A stretch of DNA of 34,582 nucleotides from a virus (IMGVR_UViG_3300037044_000209:1-34582), one strand, 5' to 3'; positions 8,472 to 17,589 are shown, counted from the stretch's first letter. Made by a program: numbers and translations. Notes: generated by a model not told the origin, from the sequence alone.

Positions 8472-8692
8472 TGTTTATTACCTCGTATGAGGGAAAGGAC
8501 GTTTTCTAAAGTCTCTTTCGTTTGAGCCATAAATAACCTGTCTTGACTAGAATAAAACTTTAAATCATTAAGTCTGTCTTCTCTCTCCTTCTTATTTTCC
8601 TTATAGAGAAAAACAATCGTGATTAATGCAATGACCAAAAGAACTCCCAAAATTCCTGTTTCAGTTAGTTTTTGAAGAGATGAGTCAAACAT
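8468..8692 (-). CDS. Holin-like protein (N-terminal TM plus coiled coil, BhlA/UviB-like architecture)
   Basis: GILGVLLVIALITIVFLY followed by a charged helix. Confidence 0.55.
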   Translation of the reverse strand: MFDSSLQKLTETGILGVLLVIALITIVFLYKENKKEREDRLNDLKFYSSQDRLFMAQTKETLENVLSLIRGNKQ

Positions 8693-8736
8693 TATTTATA
8701 TCTCCCCATTTAGTAAATTATTTTGAGTAGGCATAG

Positions 8737-9501
8737 TTAGAAGAAATTAAAGAAGCCACTACCAGCTGGAATGAAAAATGTTCCAGAAGAAGTAAACTTA
8801 TGGATAGTGTCTGCACCTGATGTAGTAATTGTTCCACCAGTACAAACAGGTAAGTCTGCTGTTGTATATCTAATTATTACTATACCTGAGCCACCAGCTC
8901 CTCCTGGACGTGAACCTCCACCTCCACCTCCACCTCCACCAGTATTAGCTGTGCCAGCAAATCCGTCTTGAGCACCATACCCTCCATTTCCACCACCACC
9001 TGCTCCACCAACACCAGCACTTACATTCTGTCCACCTGCTCCACCTCCACCGGCATATGTTACGGCTGATCCAGATATTGAATTTGAAGTGCCAGCACCA
9101 CCCTTTCCCTCGTTTCCTGAAGCATTTGCGGCATAACCTGCTTGACTAGAGCCACCACCTCCACCTCCACGATAGGACACGGCTGTGCCAGCTCCACCAT
9201 CATATCCTTGACCTGCTGTACCAGAACCCCCTGCACCATTAGTATAAGAGTGTCCACCACCAGAACCTCCATTACCCGGAGTAGACCATCCCCTTCCTCC
9301 TCCGATTGCAGTCAATGTACTAAAAACGGAATTGTTGCCATTATTCCCAGAAGACCCTCCTGAACCAACTGTTACAGCATAAGAACCTGGATTTACTCCA
9401 AATGTTGCATTATATATATACCCACCAGCCCCACCACCACCGTTGGCATCGGTACCACCTCCACCTCCACCAGCAACAACTAATACTTTAACTGTAGCCA
9501 T
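8737..9501 (-). CDS. Glycine-rich virion/tail fibre protein
   Basis: VLVVAGGGGGG...GGSGIVIIRY...IHKFTSSGTF phage glycine-rich domain. Confidence 0.8.
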   Translation of the reverse strand: MATVKVLVVAGGGGGGTDANGGGGAGGYIYNATFGVNPGSYAVTVGSGGSSGNNGNNSVFSTLTAIGGGRGWSTPGNGGSGGGHSYTNGAGGSGTAGQGYDGGAGTAVSYRGGGGGGSSQAGYAANASGNEGKGGAGTSNSISGSAVTYAGGGGAGGQNVSAGVGGAGGGGNGGYGAQDGFAGTANTGGGGGGGGGSRPGGAGGSGIVIIRYTTADLPVCTGGTITTSGADTIHKFTSSGTFFIPAGSGFFNFF

Positions 9502-9502
9502 T

Positions 9503-10723
9503 TTAGAAATTATTCAAAACTGCTAACAAATCCCATTTAGTGTCAATAGTATTGAAAATAAATCCCATATATAGGGTTTTATTGACTACTGTAGTCGTGG
9601 GTAAGGCTAAATCAGTTGATGCTCGGAATTGAGTATCATAAGTCAAAGCTCTGGCTGTACCATTATCTTTGACTCTAATGATTAGTTTTTGTCCGGCAAC
9701 AGGAGTACCACCTGGATTGTTAAATTTCAAAGCACCAGCTTGAGCGGTTACTTGGAAGACATCACAATCAGCAACACTTAAAGAAGTTCCCGTATCAGTT
9801 GTATAAGAAGCGGCAGTAACGATACGAGGTTCAATTCTTTTATTTGTAAATGTAGTAGTAAGAGAATCAAAATAAGTTTTCAAAATTGACTTTACATAAG
9901 CCCATGACAAAGTTTTGAGCACATTTGAAGCCTCGGTGTCAATAATAGCCACTTTGTCGGCATCAGCCATTGTAGTTTTTGCGTCAGCTCCTTGTATTGA
10001 AGATCCAACATTACCAGCGTCAGTGACATCAGCGGCAGTTTCAATTCCAGATAACTTTGTCTGTTCGGTAGCTGAATATTGCTTGTAATTAGTACCATCA
10101 GGTACACCGTCTTGGGTTGTACTAGCCGGAAGCGAAGCTGCCTCAATTTCGGAAATGGTTTTTCCACCATCTTTTAAAAGTTTTCCTGTTATTCCATCAA
10201 ATGTTGCAACTCTATCAGTAGTAGAAGAAGCTGGGCCAACAACGTCACCAGCTCCTTCACCATCAATACCTTTTTGAGCCACAAGTTCCCAATAGGTAGC
10301 ATTAGGAGGCTCTTGATTGGTATTTGTCAAAATACAAATATAAGAACTTCCTAACCTATAAACCACATCCCTTGCTACATATTCGGTAGCTGAACTCCAT
10401 TCTCCTTGCCATTCAACTCCTGGTATACCCTGAACTCCTTGTTCACCTTGTGTTCCCTGTTCCCCTTGTATACCTTGAATACCCTGTATTCCTTGCTCTC
10501 CTTGTGGGCCGGTTGCACCAGTAGCTCCTGTTTCACCTTGGATACCCTGGTCTCCTTTAGAAGCTAACAAAGCCCAATAAGTAGCATTTGGTGGTTCGTT
10601 ATTCGTGCTATTAGCTATACAAGTGTAGGAGCTTCCCCCGTGTGAAACAAAATCACCAACAGTATAGGCAGTGGCACTTATCCATGCTCCTTTATTTAGA
10701 TCTGAATATAGTTTGTCAGCCAT
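9503..10723 (-). CDS. Tail fibre with collagen repeats and two CBM5/12-like modules
   Basis: W...TAY.VGD.V...GSSY.CI......PPNATYW twice, flanking Gly-X-Y repeats. Confidence 0.8.
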   Translation of the reverse strand: MADKLYSDLNKGAWISATAYTVGDFVSHGGSSYTCIANSTNNEPPNATYWALLASKGDQGIQGETGATGATGPQGEQGIQGIQGIQGEQGTQGEQGVQGIPGVEWQGEWSSATEYVARDVVYRLGSSYICILTNTNQEPPNATYWELVAQKGIDGEGAGDVVGPASSTTDRVATFDGITGKLLKDGGKTISEIEAASLPASTTQDGVPDGTNYKQYSATEQTKLSGIETAADVTDAGNVGSSIQGADAKTTMADADKVAIIDTEASNVLKTLSWAYVKSILKTYFDSLTTTFTNKRIEPRIVTAASYTTDTGTSLSVADCDVFQVTAQAGALKFNNPGGTPVAGQKLIIRVKDNGTARALTYDTQFRASTDLALPTTTVVNKTLYMGFIFNTIDTKWDLLAVLNNF

Positions 10724-10763
10724 AAGCGTTTAAAAAAACACAACGCCTTTAATAATAATAGCA
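10724..10763 (-). promoter_or_regulatory. Late-module leader motif, copy 4
   Basis: TGCTATTAT-7-GGCGTTGTG-TTTTTTTA-AACGCTT-ATG. Confidence 0.75.
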
Positions 10764-10765
10764 AA

Positions 10766-10957
10766 TTAAGCAATAGTTTTGGACTTGTTAGACCAAGATG
10801 AGGTAGTTTTGGACTTGTTAGACCAGTAATCATCTTGTGATTGATAGATCAAAACCAAATCTTCATCCGCTCCCAGTAAAATCTGATTACCGTCTGGAGT
10901 GAGTATTCTCCCTCTTTCGATGGTAGATGATACTTTGGTTTTATTTGACCAAGCCAT
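10766..10957 (-). CDS. Small virion-associated protein with WSNKxK repeats
   Basis: Three WSNK(T/S)K motifs; exact 22-bp DNA repeat at 10774-10795 and 10804-10825. Confidence 0.6.
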   Translation of the reverse strand: MAWSNKTKVSSTIERGRILTPDGNQILLGADEDLVLIYQSQDDYWSNKSKTTSSWSNKSKTIA

Positions 10958-11247
10958 TAGCCGTAATAACTGATATTGAGAGTTGCATCACTTGCGTCTT
11001 GCCTAATAGCCTTAAAAGCATTCAAAGCTTTAGGGTCATAGATTTCTATGAATGTATCGGCTTTTTGCAATGTTCCGACCGAAGAGGTGGGATTTGTACC
11101 ATCATCACGCCATCTAATCGGTTGGGCTTCCACTCCAATAACTGCTCTAATTGCTTTTGCGGGAACAGAAAGACCGACTGCGGTGGTTGAGACAGTTAGT
11201 TGCTGATAACCTAAAGGTTTAATTCCTGCTGGAAATGTTGCTATCAT
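10957..11247 (-). CDS. Small beta-rich virion protein (decoration-like)
   Basis: Downstream of coat; IRWRDDGT.PT...G pattern. Confidence 0.55.
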   Translation of the reverse strand: MIATFPAGIKPLGYQQLTVSTTAVGLSVPAKAIRAVIGVEAQPIRWRDDGTNPTSSVGTLQKADTFIEIYDPKALNAFKAIRQDASDATLNISYYG

Positions 11248-11270
11248 AATTATTTATTTTAAAATTTAAT

Positions 11271-11292
11271 CCCTCCCCCTTTCGAGGGAGGG
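11271..11292. terminator. GC-rich intergenic hairpin
   Basis: CCCTCCC...GGGAGGG; weak U tract. Confidence 0.45.
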
Positions 11293-11303
11293 TAAAGGAC
11301 ATA

Positions 11304-11768
11304 TTAGCACGCTCTCAAAACCAAGTAATTGATTATTGCGTCAGTGCTTGGGTCACCTGATAGGGTAAAATTTACTGCATTAGAAGCAGCAGCAGTCTGA
11401 ATCAAAGTTACATTGTTTGTTCCATTATCTTCGATAGAAGCAATGGCAATATCTGTAGCTAAGGCACCAGTTACGGTTGCAGATTCAGCAGTATCACCAC
11501 CAGCAGTCGTGTGTTGACCGGAGGCTACTACACGATGAGAAGGTTTGATAAAGGAAGCAGAAGATGTAGTACCTATATTTTCATAGACTCCCTTGAGACC
11601 TGTAGCCACATCGGTGTCAATAAATAAAGCTCCTTTAGAATACCCTGAACCTGTAGGAACAGTTGTACCAGTAGCTAAAAGAATTTTTCCATCATTATCT
11701 CTAATGAGGGTTCGAATACCACTTTTAACTAAACCACCTAATTTTATTTCTCTATTAAATACTTTCAT
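11304..11768 (-). CDS. Head decoration/fibre-like protein
   Basis: Immediately after coat; Ala/Thr-rich beta character. Confidence 0.55.
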   Translation of the reverse strand: MKVFNREIKLGGLVKSGIRTLIRDNDGKILLATGTTVPTGSGYSKGALFIDTDVATGLKGVYENIGTTSSASFIKPSHRVVASGQHTTAGGDTAESATVTGALATDIAIASIEDNGTNNVTLIQTAAASNAVNFTLSGDPSTDAIINYLVLRAC

Positions 11769-11772
11769 AATT

Positions 11773-11864
11773 AAAAAAACCTCTAAATAATAATTAGAGG
11801 TAAGTTTTTCTTGTGTCCCCCTCAGCGTTAGCCAAGGGGGAGGAACTTAAAGTTCACTTACCTC
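11773..11864 (-). terminator. Terminator with competing multibranch structure after the coat gene
   Basis: ACCTCTAA-7-TTAGAGGT plus T-run; its 5' arm can instead pair in GAGGTAAGT/ACTTACCTC, enclosing two hairpins. Confidence 0.6.
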
Positions 11865-11873
11865 AAAGGACAA

Positions 11874-13031
11874 TTAGAAATTGCTTGCATCAAGAACCAT
11901 CTTGACTGAGGCAATTTGACCATCGGAGAACATTTCAGTTCCCATGCCAATGATTCCTTTCGGAAGTTTGGCAAATCCAGCTTCTTTGCTTTCTACTTCA
12001 AGGTCAACGAATTGCATAACTGCATCAATAGCACCTCGAATCATGAAGATTGAGGATTGCTGTTGAGCTGACCAAACATTGGTAGCAGCAGTGAAAGTCT
12101 CACTAACGGAGATATCACCATTACCAGTGAAAGCCATAGCTTCAGCAGTCGTACATTTTACGTTTCTCTTTCTGCGGAGAATGAAAGCGTTCATGGGACT
12201 GATATCAACATAAGTTGTACCAGCACCACTATTACCTTCAACAGCAGCTTTCAGGTTAGCCCTGGAAGTCGCCACATCAGAACCAATGTCGACATCGCCG
12301 GCATCAGTTGGAGAAGCAACGAATTTAAAAGTAACACCCGCAATGGTAACCGTATCATTAGCGGTTGGGTTGGTATCCATGGTCAAAGTAGCAGACCAAG
12401 GAAGGTTGTTGTTTTCAACAACTGTCCACCCATGCCAAGGGCCAATAACACCATTGGCTAAAACACTATCACCAAGTCCAGATTCTCTTTCAGATTTTGC
12501 TCTTCGGAGAATTTCTACAGCATGAGGGCCTAAGACTACCGCTCTCATCGAAGAATCACGAGGAACATCGAAAGAACCGAGTTTTGAACCAGCTTCTTGA
12601 AAGATATCGAGAATATTAGTGGTTGCAAGCTCGAATGCAGTTCCACTATTGATTGAGTGGAAAGCATTGGGAATCTCACTAAGATACTTTTGCTCGAACG
12701 CATTCATCAAACCACGACGAATCGAGGTAAGAGAGTGTTGCAAAAGGTCATAGGGAGACTGATTGCTCTCAGTAATATCGATATCCTCAGCCGCATATTG
12801 GAAGGTATCAACTTCTAACGTACCTTTACTTGCTGATTTGGCGGTGAAACTAATATCAGTGTGGGGAGTATAAGTCCCGATTTGAGCATGAGATAGAATT
12901 GGCTTGTGAGCCTTTCTACCATCAGTGCTGATTAAATTTTCTAGAGATTGATTTGCTAAGTAAACAGCTGAATTGGCTGTATATAGATCTACTTGCAAAT
13001 CACCCCAGAATTCTGCTTTTACATCAGTCAT
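11874..13031 (-). CDS. Major capsid protein (P22 coat-like, with insertion domain)
   Basis: 385 aa after scaffold; HK97-fold-like pattern (NGVIG.WHGW.V.ENNNLP) and a beta insertion. Confidence 0.8.
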   Translation of the reverse strand: MTDVKAEFWGDLQVDLYTANSAVYLANQSLENLISTDGRKAHKPILSHAQIGTYTPHTDISFTAKSASKGTLEVDTFQYAAEDIDITESNQSPYDLLQHSLTSIRRGLMNAFEQKYLSEIPNAFHSINSGTAFELATTNILDIFQEAGSKLGSFDVPRDSSMRAVVLGPHAVEILRRAKSERESGLGDSVLANGVIGPWHGWTVVENNNLPWSATLTMDTNPTANDTVTIAGVTFKFVASPTDAGDVDIGSDVATSRANLKAAVEGNSGAGTTYVDISPMNAFILRRKRNVKCTTAEAMAFTGNGDISVSETFTAATNVWSAQQQSSIFMIRGAIDAVMQFVDLEVESKEAGFAKLPKGIIGMGTEMFSDGQIASVKMVLDASNF

Positions 13032-13085
13032 AATTTTAGGTTGAAAATAAATAAAATAGAACGATGGGAGAAATCAACCTGAAAG

Positions 13086-13733
13086 TTATTGTGTTTGCCT
13101 ATATTTTTCCCTCGCCGCCCTTGCTTCATTCCAGGCTTTTCTGCCTTCTTCAGTATCAAGTGCAAAATCTGCTGGATTCAATGGTTTAGAAGGATCGATA
13201 TTGGAAACATACCCTGCTTTGCCTGAGCGTTTTGGAGTGGCATTTTTTATCCTCTCCTCACGTTCAGCTTCCTCTTTCCTTGATTGGATATAAGGAAGAT
13301 TGGCTGCTTCTCTCACGGAAATCCCTTTTAATTTGGCTAAGTCTTTAATTTCGGCTTTCAGTTCATCTGATAGTCCAAGACTTTCAAGGTCTCTTTCTTC
13401 CAGAATCTCATTAAGCGTACTTTTTACTAAATCGCCAACATCAGGCGTTTCCTTGTTGGATTTATTATCCTCTCCGTTGTCGGAGTTTTTTGAAGTCACT
13501 TTGGCTTTCTCCCTCCAGTTAATCTTTTGCTTTATTGCTCCAGTTAACTTTTCATGGTGGGATTTTTCCCGGCTAACTAACTTTTCGAGTAGATCAACAT
13601 CATCATCTGGGTTTAAACCAAATTCTTCTGCTAATTTATCTCTAAGTTCGTCTTCCTTGACTTCCTTAGTTGCCTCTTCATCAGCCTTAAGCTCATCGGG
13701 AGAGACCACGATGTTGTTTTTATCTTCGTCCAT
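13086..13733 (-). CDS. Capsid scaffolding protein
   Basis: Acidic coiled-coil protein directly upstream of coat. Confidence 0.75.
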   Translation of the reverse strand: MDEDKNNIVVSPDELKADEEATKEVKEDELRDKLAEEFGLNPDDDVDLLEKLVSREKSHHEKLTGAIKQKINWREKAKVTSKNSDNGEDNKSNKETPDVGDLVKSTLNEILEERDLESLGLSDELKAEIKDLAKLKGISVREAANLPYIQSRKEEAEREERIKNATPKRSGKAGYVSNIDPSKPLNPADFALDTEEGRKAWNEARAAREKYRQTQ

Positions 13734-13752
13734 AGGACTATATATTTATAAA

Positions 13753-13844
13753 TAACCGCCATTTGGCAGTTAAGATGGGGGGCCGGTAAGCGTTGTGGAA
13801 AACCAACCCCTCAACTAAAATGTCAAAGGACGCAACGCTTGCCG
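13753..13844 (-). ncRNA. Putative structured RNA with CACAACGCTT loop
   Basis: Stem GGGGTTGGT/ACCGGCCCC (two U.G pairs, favouring the minus strand), loop TTTCCACAACGCTT; upstream complement AAGCGTTGCG; 3' hairpin TAACTGCC-AAAT-GGCGGTTA. Confidence 0.55.
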
Positions 13845-13848
13845 ATTT

Positions 13849-14124
13849 TTAAAGTGTATTTTGTTCAATTATATGTCCACATGAAGGACATTTGATACCG
13901 TGTTTGATTTTTTCAAAATTTACGACAAATTTTCTTTTAGCTGCAAACTCTTTGGCGAGGTCTACAAATTTCTCTCCATGGGTTTCTAAACTATATTTTC
14001 TAACCACATAGCTTCCGTTATAGACCACAGCCTCAATTTCTGGGGACACTTCATTGCCTTGTTTTGGGGCATCTGGAATAATCGATGATTTTACTTCTTT
14101 TTTTACTGCTTTTAATTTATTCAT
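13849..14124 (-). CDS. Hypothetical basic protein with CPSCG knuckle
   Basis: Start moved to ATG 14124, 5 nt after a -10 box. Confidence 0.65.
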   Translation of the reverse strand: MNKLKAVKKEVKSSIIPDAPKQGNEVSPEIEAVVYNGSYVVRKYSLETHGEKFVDLAKEFAAKRKFVVNFEKIKHGIKCPSCGHIIEQNTL

Positions 14125-14129
14125 AATTG

Positions 14130-14159
14130 ATACTAACAATTAATAATAATGTTTGTCAA
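14130..14159 (-). promoter_or_regulatory. Sigma70 promoter, near-leaderless transcript
   Basis: TTGACA-18-TAGTAT with TGn extension. Confidence 0.65.
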
Positions 14160-14293
14160 ATAGTATCTGCACTGGATAAAACCTTTTTTCGTTCTGCCGT
14201 ATCTAACATTCTGTAGGCTCTCTTTGCCAACCAATAGGGGATATCATGCTTTTTAGCTTCACGACGTAACTGTTTATACTTTTTACCACTCAT
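14156..14293 (-). CDS. 45-aa basic protein (not in ORF track)
   Basis: MSGKKYKQLRREAKKHDIPYWLAKRAYR...; ATGA-coupled. Confidence 0.65.
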   Translation of the reverse strand: MSGKKYKQLRREAKKHDIPYWLAKRAYRMLDTAERKKVLSSADTI

Positions 14294-14433
14294 AAGCCGT
14301 AATGTTTTAAAACTTTTACTTTTTTCTTTTGCCTTTCACGCAACAATTTTTCTCTTGGGTCTGGATTTTTAGCTCTTCTTACCGCTTCATCCAACCAAGA
14401 ACGTATTTGAGCTTTCGTTACTTCGTTTGACAT
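14290..14433 (-). CDS. 47-aa basic protein ending YGL (not in ORF track)
   Basis: MSNEVTKAQIRSWLDEAVRRAKNPDPREKLLRERQKKKVKVLKHYGL*. Confidence 0.7.
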   Translation of the reverse strand: MSNEVTKAQIRSWLDEAVRRAKNPDPREKLLRERQKKKVKVLKHYGL

Positions 14434-14438
14434 TGTTA

Positions 14439-14699
14439 TTAAAGTCCGTATTTTCCCCCGGCCTTTTTAATTTCTGATTCAGTTCGTTCTTTTTTCTCCT
14501 GAAACTCAATAAAAGGTCTTAAAATCTCAAGCAACTTTGCTTTGGTCTTTCCTCTAATCTTGGCTTCTTCTCCAGCCTGTTCATTCGTCATATCCCCCAA
14601 TCCGGAAACATTATCCATTTCCTCAATCTTTCCAAGAATATAGTCTGCAAACTCGACAAAATCAGGGTTTGATTTTAGCTTCCTAATTAGTTCTTCCAT
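14439..14699 (-). CDS. Small helical head-assembly-region protein ending YGL
   Basis: 86 aa, helical; resembles small proteins that usually follow portal genes (by eye). Confidence 0.65.
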   Translation of the reverse strand: MEELIRKLKSNPDFVEFADYILGKIEEMDNVSGLGDMTNEQAGEEAKIRGKTKAKLLEILRPFIEFQEKKERTESEIKKAGGKYGL

Positions 14700-14704
14700 A
14701 TTTT

Positions 14705-14713
14705 ATTGTAGCA
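14705..14713 (-). promoter_or_regulatory. Extended -10 promoter, near-leaderless
   Basis: TGCTACAAT 5 nt before ATG 14699. Confidence 0.55.
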
Positions 14714-14722
14714 AATTAATAA

Positions 14723-16219
14723 TTACAAACCATAATTTTTTTGAACAAGTCCACGCCTTTCTTCTCGCTGGTGTTTTAATATCGCCTGTTTAAACTCGTC
14801 TATTGGTGATTCAGCTATCTCCAACTGCATGGCAAATGCATCGATGGTATCGTCATTAGCTCCTTTTGGAAATACAAACATTTCTTTTTCCAAGTCTCCA
14901 CATTCACCGTCAATATGGAATATTCCGCCGGCAGAATAACGGGGAATTAATCCTCTGATTCTGACTTCTTTTTGGGTTTTATTATGTTTTAGGGGATAGA
15001 TAGACGGGAATTTGTCTCTCCTCGCACATTCATCATCCAAAAATGGTTTTAAAGTCTTGAGATAAACTGTCTCCTCAATTCCTATTTTCTCAAAGCCTTC
15101 ATCATGGAGGGTAAAGATGTAATTTATCAGCTCTTTGGGGTCAAAATGAACTCTCATTGCCCTAATATTCCATTTGTTTTGTCTGTCAACATAATTTCTG
15201 ACTATTCCTGTGTAGTCATTTTCAGCTTCCTTTCCCCCAGGGTCTATGGTGGCAAACTTTCGGGTATCCAATGCCTCAATCTCTGACCATGAGCGATTCT
15301 TAATCCAATATTCTTTAAATTCCTGATTTTCCGAAGTAATGGGTGTGCCTTGATAAAGGGCTGCGAATTCATACGGTCCAAGAGTATTCTCAATTTTATA
15401 TAATTTATCCAAAGGAAATTTCTCTGGCCATAAAGCTTCACCTTTCTTTCTACATTCTTCATCTTCAGTAGCGATTGCCGGAAAGTTTATTAAATTCCAC
15501 TTGTCATAATGTTCTACCCCTTCCTCCCTATTCTTTTTTTCCTCTTCTAAGAGCCTCCCTACCAAATCATCTGTATGCCAGCGGGTGTTTAGTATGACAA
15601 TGGCGGTAGCTCCTTCCTGGCGGGTGTAGAAGGTCGACCTATACCAATTCCAACGTGAATCTCTTATCGTCTGCGACTCGGCTTCTTCTCTGTTTTTAAA
15701 TAAGTCATCAATGATTCCGATTTTAAAACCCTTTCCGGTAAATGCTCCACCGGCACCGGAGGCCATATAACTTCCCCCTTCATCTGTTTTCCAATAACCT
15801 TTAGCTTTTGCATCTGAACGTAAGCGGGTAGAAAATATTGCCTGATATTGGGATGATTGCATAATATCCCGTGTTTCTTCACCGAATTTGGTAGCCAATT
15901 CACCAGAATAAGAACCGACCATAATCGGCCAATCAGGGTGATGCCCTAATACCCAAGAGGGAAATTTCTTGGTAGATACCTCACTTTTTCCATGTCTTGG
16001 GGGAACGGTGACGATAATCCGGGCATCTTCTCCCCGTTCAACCTTTTCCATGGCCGTCTGGAGAATAGCTGATAATGTCTCATGGAACCATGTGTCTTGA
16101 TAGATTTTGTCTGTAGCGATTGCAAAATCAATTAGATTTTTCTTCGCTTGATGAATCACCATTGCTTCTGCCTCTTGCGGCAATACGCTCGGCAATCCTG
16201 TCGATTTGTCGGTCATCAA
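14723..16219 (-). CDS. terL: Terminase large subunit
   Basis: PPRHGKS Walker A, IIDD Walker B, TRWHTDD, DPG...DYTG and DDTIDA nuclease motifs; true start may be 16162. Confidence 0.95.
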   Translation of the reverse strand: MMTDKSTGLPSVLPQEAEAMVIHQAKKNLIDFAIATDKIYQDTWFHETLSAILQTAMEKVERGEDARIIVTVPPRHGKSEVSTKKFPSWVLGHHPDWPIMVGSYSGELATKFGEETRDIMQSSQYQAIFSTRLRSDAKAKGYWKTDEGGSYMASGAGGAFTGKGFKIGIIDDLFKNREEAESQTIRDSRWNWYRSTFYTRQEGATAIVILNTRWHTDDLVGRLLEEEKKNREEGVEHYDKWNLINFPAIATEDEECRKKGEALWPEKFPLDKLYKIENTLGPYEFAALYQGTPITSENQEFKEYWIKNRSWSEIEALDTRKFATIDPGGKEAENDYTGIVRNYVDRQNKWNIRAMRVHFDPKELINYIFTLHDEGFEKIGIEETVYLKTLKPFLDDECARRDKFPSIYPLKHNKTQKEVRIRGLIPRYSAGGIFHIDGECGDLEKEMFVFPKGANDDTIDAFAMQLEIAESPIDEFKQAILKHQREERRGLVQKNYGL

Positions 16220-16628
16220 ATTTATTGGTTACTTCACCACTAATCTCGGTACTAATTTCTTCTTTCATTCCATGATTAGCAGAAAGTATTAATTTTGTAA
16301 TTGTAGGGTTATAGTATCCTCCCAACCCTTCATCTATTAGACGTTGTAGCTGTTCTTGTTTAATTCGCTCCAAAGCTTCGTCAACTTCTGAATGGATAGC
16401 TCTCCAATCATAAATAGTCCTCTTGGCATGACCCAAGTAAGCTATAAAGCCCTCAATAGTGGGCAATCTTACCTGATAAATTCTAGAAACTCCGCCCCTT
16501 TTATTGGTTACAACTTCAACATGATCCTGACGTTTTTGGAGATATTCCTCTAGCTTCTTCTTAAACTTTTCCCGATTATAAGATGTCGGTCTGCCTGTTT
16601 TCTTGGTGTAGTGATATTTTTTTGGCAT
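16128..16628 (-). CDS. terS: Terminase small subunit (gp3-like)
   Basis: GRPTSY, PTIEGF..YLG....IYDW, YNPTITKLILSANHG; upstream of terL. Confidence 0.85.
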   Translation of the reverse strand: MPKKYHYTKKTGRPTSYNREKFKKKLEEYLQKRQDHVEVVTNKRGGVSRIYQVRLPTIEGFIAYLGHAKRTIYDWRAIHSEVDEALERIKQEQLQRLIDEGLGGYYNPTITKLILSANHGMKEEISTEISGEVTNKFDDRQIDRIAERIAARGRSNGDSSSEEKSN

Positions 16629-16681
16629 AGCATTATGCTAGTATAATAACATTTCACAACGCTTACTAAATAATGATAGCA
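16629..16681 (-). promoter_or_regulatory. Late-module leader motif, copy 3
   Basis: TGCTATCAT-9-AGCGTTGTG-N17-CATAATGCT-ATG; 9-bp stem with two G.U pairs. Confidence 0.75.
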
Positions 16682-16741
16682 TAGACAAATTCCATTATAT
16701 AATTCTCCTTAAATTTTGGGAATAAATACAAGAGGGACATT

Positions 16742-17296
16742 ATGATATGCATTTCGTGTGGCAAAGAACTACCTGACCAAAGCTTATTTTGCTTATACTG
16801 TGGAAAAAAGCAAGAGAGAACCACCGCCGAAAAAGATCCTAGGTTTACCCCCATATCGCTAAATGTATTTAGATTTGATTCAATCGGGCCGAAGGAAGTA
16901 CGGAAGGGAGGTTTCCTTAGTGTTGACAAAATCGGACGAGGTTTTTATTTTAGTCTCATGCTGCTTAACTACGAAAACAAAAAAGTTATTTCAGATGGCA
17001 AGTTAATAATAGTTATGACTAGTGCACCCATAGGTCTTGGGGCTCCAATTCTTGAAGCAAAGGCTGAAGTCGCTCAAAAATATGCTAGTGCAAAAAATAT
17101 ATTGTTTAGTAAATCAATTGAATTGACCAAGGCAGATTTCGACGAAAATTACAACTACCAGTATGTTCAAATGACACCCCTTGTGTTTGTCGATACAATT
17201 CCATATGGGACGGAAGGCGTTTATTTGCACGTTTGGTTTGTCACAGATGAAGGAAAATGCGTATATGACAATTTCCATGCACCTTTTTGGCATTAG
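16742..17296 (+). CDS. N-terminal zinc-ribbon accessory (moron-like) protein
   Basis: CISCGKELPDQSLFCLYCG; opposite strand; SD GAGGG. Confidence 0.75.
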   Translation: MICISCGKELPDQSLFCLYCGKKQERTTAEKDPRFTPISLNVFRFDSIGPKEVRKGGFLSVDKIGRGFYFSLMLLNYENKKVISDGKLIIVMTSAPIGLGAPILEAKAEVAQKYASAKNILFSKSIELTKADFDENYNYQYVQMTPLVFVDTIPYGTEGVYLHVWFVTDEGKCVYDNFHAPFWH

Positions 17297-17391
17297 TAGG
17301 AAAAACTTAGATTATCGTCATTGATCCTGCGATAAGGATAAATAATTTCTATATATTAAATTGGAGAAGGCTTGCTGTAAAATAAAATTAC

Positions 17392-17589
17392 ATGATATTT
17401 GTCATCGGACTATTTTGTTTACTGGCAACATTTGGTAGTTTGGCAAAAATAATCTCCGGTAGGTGGTTTGATGATAATTATGTGTCCAGCTTTATCACCA
17501 AAGGTTTTTCTCTGATTTTCCAAACAATTTCACCAATAATCGCAATTTTCTTTATCTATTGCGTTTTCTCTTTAATTCAGAACCCTTAA
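17392..17589 (+). CDS. Small two-TM accessory protein
   Basis: Two hydrophobic helices; TAAAAT 8 nt upstream. Confidence 0.55.
   Translation: MIFVIGLFCLLATFGSLAKIISGRWFDDNYVSSFITKGFSLIFQTISPIIAIFFIYCVFSLIQNP

Noticed and set aside
8695-8733. 12-codon ORF MPTQNNLLNGEI after the glycine-rich gene
   Set aside because: Too short to support; may be a gene remnant or chance
10420-10560. Repetitive DNA resembling an array
   Set aside because: Explained by collagen Gly-X-Y codons; no repeat-spacer structure, so not CRISPR
8737-10723. Diversity-generating retroelement or invertible tail-fibre cassette
   Set aside because: No reverse transcriptase, TR/VR pair or invertase seen
13035-13083. Inverted repeat AGGTTGA...TCAACCT in the coat leader
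   Set aside because: Single stem with a large AT-rich loop and no second line of support; noted only
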